NCBI GenBank assembly: GCA_040752415.1
Contig: JBFMGU010000150.1
Coordinates: 1 to 26,095 of the forward strand
From: Myxococcota bacterium
GTDB taxonomy: Bacteria > Myxococcota > JACRCW01
Direction of reading: 5' to 3'
DNA: 26,095 bases
Shown here in pieces: positions 8,931 to 18,950 of this stretch. Made by a program: the position numbers and the translations under genes. The notes under the pieces are model-generated. The model was given only the letters and a program-made list of their open reading frames with translations. It was not told where the DNA came from and searched no databases. The stretch's first letter is position 1. Every line of letters begins with the position of its first letter.

Positions 8931-9541
8931 AACCCCTCGACGCCGCAGCGCCGGGCCGGAGGGCGCGGAAGAAGGAGATGGCCCGCGCGGCGATCCAGCA
9001 GCACGCCATGCGCCTGTTCCTCAAGCGCGGTTACGCCGCTGTCACCGCCGACGAGATCGCGGATGCGGCGAACGTCTCCCGCTCCACGTTCTTCCGCTAC
9101 TTCCCGACGAAGGACGACGTGGTGGTGCGCGACGCGTTCGACGAGCTGTTCCTGGATGCGGTGAAGGCCCAGCCCGCGGACCTCTCGCCGGCGGAAGCGG
9201 TGCGGCGCACGTTGCACCAGTTCATGGACTCGTTGACGCCGGAAATCCTGGAGATGGAACGACGTCGCCTGGCGCTCATCCTGGCCACGCCGGAGCTGCG
9301 CCAGCGGATGCTGGGCATGTATCCCGACACACTGCGAAGAATCACTGCCATGCTTGCCGCACGTTCTCGTCGGGGGAACGCGCAGGAGCTCCGTCTCCAG
9401 GCAGGTGCGTTGCTCGGCGTTGGCCTCGCGGCGTTGGTGGGAGCCCAGGACGAGGACGCGGACTACTTCGCGCTGTTCGAGGAGGGGCTGGCCCGGCTGG
9501 ATGCGTCGGAGGGAAGGTCGCGGAAGAAGCGGCAGCATTGA
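8927..9541 (+). CDS. TetR/AcrR family transcriptional regulator
   Basis: GTG start overlaps the upstream stop (GTGA); GRRARKK..AMRLFLKRGY..VTADEIADAANVSRSTFFRYFPTKDDV HTH. Confidence 0.92.
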   Translation: MKPLDAAAPGRRARKKEMARAAIQQHAMRLFLKRGYAAVTADEIADAANVSRSTFFRYFPTKDDVVVRDAFDELFLDAVKAQPADLSPAEAVRRTLHQFMDSLTPEILEMERRRLALILATPELRQRMLGMYPDTLRRITAMLAARSRRGNAQELRLQAGALLGVGLAALVGAQDEDADYFALFEEGLARLDASEGRSRKKRQH

Positions 9542-9644
9542 GCCGGGTTCCGTCACCAGCGCGCGAAACATCGAAGCTCCCAGGGGTTCCGAGGTGGGAT
9601 CGCGCGCAGCCCCTCACCGTGACGTTCCTGGGAAAGGCGCGCGT

Positions 9645-9673
9645 TTGACAACAAATAAGCATCGGCTTATTCA
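9645..9673 (+). promoter_or_regulatory. Sigma70-type promoter with ArsR-type operator palindrome
   Basis: TTGACA at 9645-9650; AATAAGC-ATCG-GCTTATT at 9654-9671; weak -10 (TATTCA) at 17-bp spacing. Confidence 0.7.
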
Positions 9674-9679
9674 TTGCGC

Positions 9680-10009
9680 ATGCAGAGCGGGGCCGCGGCG
9701 GAAAACAAGATCTTCCAGGCGCTGGCCGATCCCAGCCGCCGGGCGATCTTCAAGTCCCTCATGCGGGGCGAAGCGGCGGTGAAGGACCTCACGGCGCGCT
9801 TCGACATCTCGCAGCCGGCCGTCTCGCAGCACCTTGCCACCCTGAAAGACGCCGGACTGGTGAACGGACGGCGCGAGGGGCGCTGCGTGTACTACCGGGT
9901 GGAGCCGCGCGGGATGAAGCCGCTCATCGACTGGGTCTCGCACTACCGCGCCTTCTGGACGGAGCACGTCGATCGGCTTGAACAGCTTCTGGAGAAGATG
10001 GACGAGTGA
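9680..10009 (+). CDS. ArsR/SmtB family transcriptional regulator
   Basis: IFQALADPSRRAI..ISQPAVSQHLATLKDAGLV..RREGR..YY..FW; 109 aa. Confidence 0.92.
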   Translation: MQSGAAAENKIFQALADPSRRAIFKSLMRGEAAVKDLTARFDISQPAVSQHLATLKDAGLVNGRREGRCVYYRVEPRGMKPLIDWVSHYRAFWTEHVDRLEQLLEKMDE

Positions 10010-10078
10010 CTACCGTCGACGTGACCGCGCGCTCGCGGCTTCAATGTTTTCACCACCCTTGATGACAGGAACGCAAAC

Positions 10079-12505
<2,427 letters not shown>

Positions 12506-12656
12506 GTGACTCAACCTTCCTCGACTACCGGTGCGGGCTCCGCACGCTTCGAACCCGTCGACAGCTCCTTGCCGACGACGGACGCGGACGGGTGTGGTCT
12601 GGAGCAGCTACCGTTCGCTGACGTGGTCGCGGAAAGAGCTGGCCTCAACGCAGGAG

Positions 12657-12682
12657 AAAAGAGTGTCCCCAGCGGGATTCGA
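12657..12682 (-). repeat. Duplicated 3' end of tRNA-Glu (att-like direct repeat)
   Basis: AAAAGAGTGTCCCCAGCGGGATTCGA is identical (26/26) to 13433-13458. Confidence 0.92.
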
Positions 12683-12793
12683 GGCCCGGTTGACGTCGTC
12701 ACCGAGGAAGACACTTTCGGTGTGAGCATGTCAGCAAGCTGGAAAGCGTTGACCCCTTGGGCTTCCTACCGTTCTAGGGCTTAGACTCGCCGC

Positions 12794-13351
12794 ATGGGAC
12801 TCTTGACCTTCAGCATCAACGTCACCCTGGACGGCTGCGTCGACCACCGGGAGGGAATCGCCGACGACGAGACACACGCTTTCTTCACCCGCGTCATGGA
12901 CGAGGGCGGGGCGATGCTGTGGGGCCGCGTCACCTACGAGATGATGGAGAGCTACTGGCCGGCGGTCGCCCGCGGCGACGAGGAGGCGCCGCCGGCGATA
13001 CGCGAGTGGGCGGTCAAGCTGGAGGCCAAGCCGAAGTACGTGGTGTCGTCGACGCGAAAGGACTTCCCGTGGACCAACAGCCACCACATCGGCGGCGACC
13101 TGCGCGCAGGCGTGCAGAAGCTCAAGGACGCGACCCCGGCCGGCGTGCTCCTCGGTAGCGGCAAGCTCGCGACCGAGCTGGACCGGCTGGACCTGATCGA
13201 CGAGTACAAGTTCCTCGTCCACCCCAGGATCGCCGGCCACGGCCCGACCCTGTACCAGAGCGGGCTGCCCAGCACGCGACGGCTCGAGCTGGTCTCGGCG
13301 AAGCCGCTCCGCAACGGCGCGGTCGCCGTGCACTACCGGCGCGCGCGCTGA
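12794..13351 (+). CDS. Dihydrofolate reductase-like (RibD C-terminal domain) family protein
   Basis: NVTLDGC..MLWGRVTYEMM..PKYVVSST..GSGKLA..LIDEYKFLVHPRIAGHGPTL. TAGACT lies 6 nt before the ATG and there is no RBS. Confidence 0.9.
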   Translation: MGLLTFSINVTLDGCVDHREGIADDETHAFFTRVMDEGGAMLWGRVTYEMMESYWPAVARGDEEAPPAIREWAVKLEAKPKYVVSSTRKDFPWTNSHHIGGDLRAGVQKLKDATPAGVLLGSGKLATELDRLDLIDEYKFLVHPRIAGHGPTLYQSGLPSTRRLELVSAKPLRNGAVAVHYRRAR

Positions 13352-13439
13352 CTCAGAAGCAGCCCCATCGCGCCCAGCTCGTCGCTTGCGTCTGCTTCCA
13401 TGGTCACGCAACTCGCGGACTTCAGCGGTGGAAAAAGAG

Positions 13440-13512
13440 TGTCCCCAGCGGGATTCGAACCCGCGTTTCAGCCTTGAAAGGGCCGCATCCTGGGCCTCTA
13501 GATGATGGGGAC
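13440..13512 (-). tRNA. tRNA-Glu: tRNA-Glu (anticodon TTC), CCA not encoded
   Basis: GTCCCCA/TGGGGAC acceptor stem; CGGCC-CTTTCAA-GGCTG anticodon arm; GCGGG-TTCGAAT-CCCGC T arm. Confidence 0.97.
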
Positions 13513-13535
13513 GTAGAGGGGGTCCGGTGGTTGGT

Positions 13536-13608
13536 TGAGCCGACCGGGGATCGAACCCGGGACCCACGGATTAAAAGTCCGTTGCTCTGCCAGCTGAGCT
13601 ATCGGCCC
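13536..13608 (-). tRNA. tRNA-Lys: tRNA-Lys (anticodon TTT)
   Basis: GGGCCGA/TCGGCTC acceptor stem; GCTC..GAGC D arm; ACGGA-CTTTTAA-TCCGT anticodon arm; CCGGG-TTCGATC-CCCGG T arm. Confidence 0.97.
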
Positions 13609-13663
13609 GTGGTTTGCGGACCCCTCGTTGCGACGGCCGGTCCAGTCCGGCAGTGCTGCCCCT

Positions 13664-13691
13664 AATGTCCCGACGCCCCCGCCGGTGTCAA
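13664..13691 (-). promoter_or_regulatory. Putative sigma70 promoter for the tRNA-Lys/Glu pair
   Basis: Minus strand TTGACA-N16-GACATT upstream of tRNA-Lys. Confidence 0.4.
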
Positions 13692-13825
13692 TCCCCAACC
13701 GCGCAAACCTTGTCGGTCGCGGTCCGGGCCCACCCTCCGCCCAAGGCGCGTTGACGTGTGCGCAAGCCTCGGTTACCTGCGCCGCACACCGGCGCACACC
13801 GCGCCCAGTAGCCCAGGTTCAAGCC

Positions 13826-15001
13826 ATGCAAGACGCTGTCATCCTCTCCGCCGTTCGCACCCCCATTGGCTCCTTCCAAGGCGCCCTCAGCGCGCTCAAG
13901 GCCCCGCAGCTCGGCTCCGCGGCAATCAAGGCCGCCCTCGAGCGCGCCGGCGTGACCGCCGACCAGATTGAAGAGGTCTACATGGGTGAGGTGCTGACCG
14001 CGGGCGTGGGCCAGGCCCCCGCGCGGCAGGCCTCCCTGGGCGCAGGCATCCCCAACACCATCCCCTGCACCACGCTCAACAAGGTGTGCGGCTCCGGCCT
14101 CAAGGCCGTGATGCTGGCGGCCCAGACCATCCGCGCCGGCGACGCCCACGTGCTGGTGGCCGGTGGCCAGGAGTCCATGAGCAACGCGCCGTACCTGCTG
14201 CCCACCGCCCGCAACGGCATGCGCATGGGCAACCAGCAGGTGGTGGACTCCATGATCTTCGACGGGCTGTGGGATCCCTACAAGGACACGCACATGGGCA
14301 ACTGCGGTGACCTGTGCGCGCGCGAGAAGGACTTCTCCCGTGAGGCGCAGGATGCGTTCGCCGCGGAGAGCTACCGTCGGGCGCAGGCCGCCACCAAGAA
14401 CGGCAAGTTCAAGGCGGAGATCGTCCCCGTCACCATCGCCGGCAAGAAGGGTGACACCATCGTCGACAGCGACGAGGAGCCCAGCAAGGTCGACTTCGAG
14501 AAGATGAAGACCCTGAAGGCCGCCTTTGGCAAGGATGGCACGGTCACCGCCGCCAACGCGTCCAAGATCAATGACGGGGCCAGCGCGGTCGTCGTCACCA
14601 GCAAGGAGTGGGCGGAGAAGAACGGCAAGAAGCCGCTGGCCCGCATTGTGGCCTACGCGAGCGCCGCCGGCGCGCCGGAGTGGTTCACCACCGCGCCCAT
14701 TCCCGCCATGCAGAACGCGCTCAAGAAGGCCAACCTGTCCGTCAAGGACATTGACCTGTGGGAGATCAACGAGGCGTTCTCCGTCGTCACCATGATTGCC
14801 ATGCGGGAGATGGGCCTGGATCACAACAAGGTCAACGTGAACGGCGGCGCCGTGGCGCTGGGCCACCCCATTGGCGCCAGCGGCGCGCGCATCCTCTCCA
14901 CGCTGGTCCACGCGCTGCATGACCGCGGGCTGCGTCGCGGCATGGCCTCCCTGTGCATTGGTGGCGGTGAGGCGGTGGCGGTGGTGGTGGAGCGCGTCTG
15001 A
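13826..15001 (+). CDS. atoB: Acetyl-CoA C-acetyltransferase (thiolase)
   Basis: [20 protein letters not shown] (catalytic Cys), [27 protein letters not shown]; 391 aa. Confidence 0.95.
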   Translation: MQDAVILSAVRTPIGSFQGALSALKAPQLGSAAIKAALERAGVTADQIEEVYMGEVLTAGVGQAPARQASLGAGIPNTIPCTTLNKVCGSGLKAVMLAAQTIRAGDAHVLVAGGQESMSNAPYLLPTARNGMRMGNQQVVDSMIFDGLWDPYKDTHMGNCGDLCAREKDFSREAQDAFAAESYRRAQAATKNGKFKAEIVPVTIAGKKGDTIVDSDEEPSKVDFEKMKTLKAAFGKDGTVTAANASKINDGASAVVVTSKEWAEKNGKKPLARIVAYASAAGAPEWFTTAPIPAMQNALKKANLSVKDIDLWEINEAFSVVTMIAMREMGLDHNKVNVNGGAVALGHPIGASGARILSTLVHALHDRGLRRGMASLCIGGGEAVAVVVERV

Positions 15002-15654
15002 TGCGCGGCTCCCGGGTGATGTTCCTGGTGGCGGCAGCGCTGTTGGTCTGGGCGTGCGAGGACAACACGCCCACCTACAGCCTCCGGATCCGTCTGGATG
15101 GGAAGGACGGGGGCGGCCTCATGTCCGCCGAGGGCGAAGGTGTGGAGGTCAGTGACACCGACGAGACCAGCGGCGTGTTCCCCCGCGCCAAGAGCAGCCT
15201 CAAGAACTTCCCCTGCGACGTCTCCATCCGCCTGGGCCAGTGCGTGGCCGCCCGTCCCATCCAGCTGGTGTTCGTGCCCGCGTCGCAGTCGCAGAGCGGG
15301 ACCACGAATTGTCGTCGCAGCGCGGAGGAGCTGATGAAGGACGCGCTGGGGCAGGAGATCGTCCTTGGCCGCGGAGATGCCGGCACCGTGTGGCTGCAGG
15401 CCTTCCACGGCGACGACGACGACGACAGCCAGCTGGTGGAGCGCCGCGAGATGAACGCCTACGCGGAGCTCAAGTCCGGCACGGTGGTGCTGGAGACGTT
15501 TGATGCGGACCTGATGAAGGCGCGCATCGACGCACATGACGCCGACGGTGGCAGCTTTGTCGTCGGGGAGCTGGTGGCCGTCCCCAATGACAACGGCAGC
15601 AACCCCGGCGTGGGCCCCCGCTGCACCTGGCCCATTGGCGCCAAGGCGGACTGA
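15001..15654 (+). CDS. Hypothetical lipoprotein
   Basis: [19 protein letters not shown] lipobox; TGATG coupling to the thiolase stop; fills the gap to hbd with GC3-rich codons. Confidence 0.75.
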   Translation: MRGSRVMFLVAAALLVWACEDNTPTYSLRIRLDGKDGGGLMSAEGEGVEVSDTDETSGVFPRAKSSLKNFPCDVSIRLGQCVAARPIQLVFVPASQSQSGTTNCRRSAEELMKDALGQEIVLGRGDAGTVWLQAFHGDDDDDSQLVERREMNAYAELKSGTVVLETFDADLMKARIDAHDADGGSFVVGELVAVPNDNGSNPGVGPRCTWPIGAKAD

Positions 15655-15723
15655 TCTTCCCACGCTGCGCGCCGTCCCGAGGTGCGCGGCGTCTTCGTTT
15701 CCCCGGAAACCACGGAGCAACAC

Positions 15724-16575
15724 ATGTCGACGATCAACACGGTGGGCGTCATTGGCGCCGGTCAGATGGGCAATGGCATTGCGCAGGTGTGCGCGCAGGC
15801 AGGCGTGAGCGTGATCTGCTCGGACATCTCGCAGGCGGCCCTGGACAAGGGAAGGAGCACCGTGGAGCAGAGCCTGGGGCGCCTGGTGAAGAAGGAGAAG
15901 CTCACGCAGGCGCAGGCGGACAAGGCACTCAGCCTCATCACCTTCACCACCGACCTGGGGAAGCACGCGGGTGCCGACTTCGTCGTCGAGGCTGCCACCG
16001 AGAACGAGGGGCTCAAGAAGAACATCTTCAAGGAGGTGGACAAGGCGGCGAAGCCGGGCGTGATCCTGGCGTCCAACACGTCGTCGATCTCCATCACGCG
16101 GCTGGCCGCGGTGACCTCGCGCCCGGAGAAGTTCATCGGGATGCACTTCATGAACCCGGTGCCGGTGATGCAGCTGGTGGAGCTCATCCGCGGCCTGGCC
16201 ACCAGCGACGAGACCTACGCCGCCACCAAGGCGCTGGCCGAGAAGGTGGGCAAGGTCACCACGGTGAGCAAGGACTTCCCCGGCTTCATGGCCAACCGCG
16301 TGCTGATGCCGATGATCAACGAGGCGTTCTGCGCGGCGGAGCAGGGCGTGGGAACGTTCGAGGACATTGACCAGACCATGAAGCTGGGCGCCAACCACCC
16401 CATGGGCCCGTTCGCTCTGGCAGACCTCATTGGCCTGGACACGTGCCTGGCCATCATGGAGGTCCTGCACACGCAGTTTGGCGACTCCAAGTACCGTCCC
16501 TCGACGCTGCTGCGCCAGTACGTGGACGCCGGTTGGCTGGGCCGCAAGACCGGGCGCGGGGTGTACAGGTACTGA
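15724..16575 (+). CDS. hbd: 3-hydroxybutyryl-CoA dehydrogenase
   Basis: [68 protein letters not shown]. Confidence 0.95.
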   Translation: MSTINTVGVIGAGQMGNGIAQVCAQAGVSVICSDISQAALDKGRSTVEQSLGRLVKKEKLTQAQADKALSLITFTTDLGKHAGADFVVEAATENEGLKKNIFKEVDKAAKPGVILASNTSSISITRLAAVTSRPEKFIGMHFMNPVPVMQLVELIRGLATSDETYAATKALAEKVGKVTTVSKDFPGFMANRVLMPMINEAFCAAEQGVGTFEDIDQTMKLGANHPMGPFALADLIGLDTCLAIMEVLHTQFGDSKYRPSTLLRQYVDAGWLGRKTGRGVYRY

Positions 16576-16613
16576 TGGGGCTTGGGAATCGCGCGGTATT
16601 CAGCTGCAAGAAA

Positions 16614-16728
16614 GGAAGTCAGGAGTCAGAAGTCAGAAGTCAGAATGGTGTTTCACGACGTCGGCCCGCCTGCACATTCTGACTTCTGTATTCTGACTTC
16701 TGAATTCCCCTTCAGACCCTCTGACTTC
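16614..16728. repeat. Inverted arrays of 7-bp tandem repeats (GAAGTCA)n / (TGACTTC)n
   Basis: Four units plus GAATG at 16615-16647, a 27-nt spacer, CATTC plus four units at 16675-16707, and one extra unit at about 16719-16728. Confidence 0.9.
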
Positions 16729-16746
16729 GTTGGCGCCCTGGACCCG

Positions 16747-17235
16747 TCAGCCGTCGCTCTGGCCCGCCACCACCGGGTCATCCTTGAGCACGTCGCCACC
16801 CACGTAGACACGCGCGTCATCCTGCAGCGCCCGGACCAGCTCAGAGAGCGCGCGTTCTGCCTGCGCGAGTCGGGCCTCCGTCCTGCGCTGCATGCGCGCC
16901 AGCTCCCTCAGCCGCTTCACCACGCTCCGCGCTTCCGCGTGCGCGGCCAGCATGCGCTCCATCCGCACCGGGCCCCACGCATCCACCTGCGGCAGCACCA
17001 CGGAGAGCACGGTTTCCTCGTCGTCAAGGCCCCGCTCGATGGCGTCCACCACCTGCTCCAGCTTGGCGCGCACCTTCCGCGTGGGGACAGGACCCTCCGT
17101 TGCGGCGCGGAGGATCTGCTGCGCTTCACTGACGGCGCCAAACACGGCCTCTCGAGCGGCCACCGCGGCACGTCGTGCGTCCGATGCTGATGGGGGAGAA
17201 ACGTTGCTGCTCGTGGTCGTTCCGGGAGTGTCCAT
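16747..17235 (-). CDS. Hemerythrin-like helical protein (degenerate metal ligands)
   Basis: ATG 17235 with GGAGG RBS; L.DEE.VL..VLPQVDAWGPVRMERMLAAH..R and C-terminal LKDDPV..GQSDG resemble myxobacterial hemerythrin-domain proteins (from recall); 162 aa. Confidence 0.65.
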   Translation of the reverse strand: MDTPGTTTSSNVSPPSASDARRAAVAAREAVFGAVSEAQQILRAATEGPVPTRKVRAKLEQVVDAIERGLDDEETVLSVVLPQVDAWGPVRMERMLAAHAEARSVVKRLRELARMQRRTEARLAQAERALSELVRALQDDARVYVGGDVLKDDPVVAGQSDG

Positions 17236-17400
17236 GGTCCGGCTCCTCCGCCCGCGACAGGCGCGTCGCGAGGACGGAACGGCGTGGTGCAAAGGCCGGA
17301 CCCGTCGGGGAGCAGGAGATTCCAGGCCTTGGGCGAATGTGTTGCGCGCGGCCTCGAGCGTTCCCGCAGTGGATGCGGTGGCTGGGATAGGCTCGCGGTG

Positions 17401-18114
17401 ATGAACCCCCGCCCGCACGACGTTGCCGCCGCGCGACAGGCCATCCGCAACGGAGGACTGCGTGGCGAGGCGCTGCTGGCCTGGTTGGTTGCCCACGCGC
17501 CCACCGAGCGAGACCGTGTCGTCGAGGAGCTGCTGGGCATCGGGCACCGTCGGGTGGAGGGGAAGCCGTTGGGCGGCGAGCTGGTGGGCTACATCCCCAG
17601 TGGGCTGGCCGCGATTGTGCGCGCGTTCCTGGACATCCCGCTGGGGCCCCAGGACGTCCTCCTCGACGTGGGAGCCGGCCTGGGCAAGGTGGTGATGCTT
17701 GCGGAGCTGCTGACCGGAGCGCGAGCGCACGGCGTGGAATTGCAGCCGCACCTGGTGGAGGAGGCTCGCGTGCGCGCCGCGGAGCTTGGGCTCACGCGGG
17801 TCTCCTTCAAGGTTGGCGACGCACGCCACATGCACTGCGACGACGCCACGGTGTTCTTCCTCTACCTGCCGTTCACCGGCACAACCCTCCACGACACCCT
17901 GGAGCGCATCCACCGCGCGGCGCAGCGACGTTCGGTGGTGGTGTGCACCCTGGGCCTGGACCTTCCGCCGCGTGACTGGCTGGTGCCACGGGAGGCCACC
18001 TCGTTCTGGTTGTCCCTCCATGACAGCCGTTGTCCCGGCACGCAGCCTCGTGAACAGGAGGGGAGGGCGCTGTCTGGTGCGGTTGCGGAACGCGTGGCGG
18101 AGGAGAGGCCCTAG
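17401..18114 (+). CDS. Class I SAM-dependent methyltransferase
   Basis: GYIPS..DVLLDVGAGLGKV..AHGVEL..VGDAR..VFFLYLPF; 237 aa. Confidence 0.85.
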   Translation: MNPRPHDVAAARQAIRNGGLRGEALLAWLVAHAPTERDRVVEELLGIGHRRVEGKPLGGELVGYIPSGLAAIVRAFLDIPLGPQDVLLDVGAGLGKVVMLAELLTGARAHGVELQPHLVEEARVRAAELGLTRVSFKVGDARHMHCDDATVFFLYLPFTGTTLHDTLERIHRAAQRRSVVVCTLGLDLPPRDWLVPREATSFWLSLHDSRCPGTQPREQEGRALSGAVAERVAEERP

Positions 18115-18226
18115 GCATCACGGGTGTGCGCCGCGAGCGTGACGCTGGCCAAGGTGGAGATCCGGATGCGGGTTTCCCTTGGGGTTTCCACGGCTTGGCC
18201 TGACCGATGAAAAAAATCGGCTGGCG

Positions 18227-18253
18227 TGTCGATTCTGCCGGTCCTCGTTCGTC
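18227..18253 (+). promoter_or_regulatory. ECF42-type promoter, copy 1
   Basis: TGTCGA-N17-CGTC upstream of yciI/ECF42. Confidence 0.75.
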
Positions 18254-18309
18254 GTCAGGGTGGAGGCCCGGGAGACCCCGGAGTTGATCCCGCGGAATGG
18301 AAAATGGCG

Positions 18310-18336
18310 TGTCGATTTCGCGGCCCGTCGTTCGAC
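18310..18336 (+). promoter_or_regulatory. ECF42-type promoter, copy 2
   Basis: TGTCGA-N17-CGAC, 83 bp downstream of copy 1. Confidence 0.8.
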
Positions 18337-18401
18337 GTCAGAGTGAAACCCTTCAACGCCGGTCACACGCAACGCCGGCTGCATCCAGAGGAGAGACGAC
18401 A

Positions 18402-18836
18402 ATGAAGTTCATGATCATCGTCAAGGCCAACCAGGAGTCCGAGACCGGCGCTCTTCCCGAGCCCAAGCTGTTGCAGGAGATGGGCAAGTACAACGAGGAG
18501 CTTGTGAAGGCGGGCGTGATGGTGGCGGGAGAAGGACTCCACCCCAGCTCCAAGGGCGCGCGCGTGAAGTTCAGCGGGAACAAGCGCACCGTCGTGGACG
18601 GGCCGTTCTCCGAGACCAAGGAGCTCGTGGCGGGGTTCTGGCTCTGGGAGTGCAAGGACCTGCAGGAAGCCGTGGAGTGGGTGAAGCGCTGCCCCAACCC
18701 CATGATGAGCGAGTCGGAGATCGAGATCCGCCAGGTGGTCTCGCCGGAGGACTTCGCCCCCGTCGACCCCACCGGTGAGATCCGCGCCGCCGAGGAGCGC
18801 CTCCGCGCGGAGGTGGCGAAGAAGAACAAGAAGTGA
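18402..18836 (+). CDS. YciI family (DGPF) protein
   Basis: YNEELVKAGVMVAGEGLHPSSKGARV..VDGPFSETKELVAGFW..EIEIRQV; GAGGAG RBS. Confidence 0.93.
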   Translation: MKFMIIVKANQESETGALPEPKLLQEMGKYNEELVKAGVMVAGEGLHPSSKGARVKFSGNKRTVVDGPFSETKELVAGFWLWECKDLQEAVEWVKRCPNPMMSESEIEIRQVVSPEDFAPVDPTGEIRAAEERLRAEVAKKNKK

Positions 18837-18845
18837 GGCGAAGTG

Positions 18846-18882
18846 GTCGTCGATCCCGGCGTGATGGGCCGGGGTCGACGAC
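18846..18882 (+). terminator. 15-bp hairpin after yciI (terminator/attenuator or mRNA-stabilising stem)
   Basis: GTCGTCGATCCCGGC, 7-nt loop, GCCGGGGTCGACGAC, with one U-G pair and no U-tract. Confidence 0.6.
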
Positions 18883-18950
18883 GTGCGGGACGCGTGATGG
18901 TGAACATGCATCTTGCGGGGGGCGGGAGCGGGATGCTCTGATCGGTTGCC

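Larger units (their letters stand above)
12657..13458. mobile_element. Mini genomic islet at tRNA-Glu carrying one DHFR-like gene, no integrase
   Basis: Bounded by 26-bp direct repeats 776 bp apart, one of them the 3' end of the intact tRNA-Glu. Confidence 0.7.

Noticed and set aside
12506..12784. 92-aa ORF as an integrase remnant or small gene
   Set aside because: It spans the att repeat, has no RBS and shows no tyrosine-recombinase motif I can recognise.
12731..13797. ORFs 12731..13567, 13474..13665 and 13498..13797
   Set aside because: They overlap the tRNA genes or are antisense to the DHFR-like gene.
16614..16728. CRISPR array
   Set aside because: The repeats are 7-bp tandem and inverted with no unique spacers, and there are no cas genes in the window.
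16582..17190. ORF containing KEVRSQKSEVR
   Set aside because: Translation of the heptamer repeats plus the antisense of the hemerythrin-like gene.
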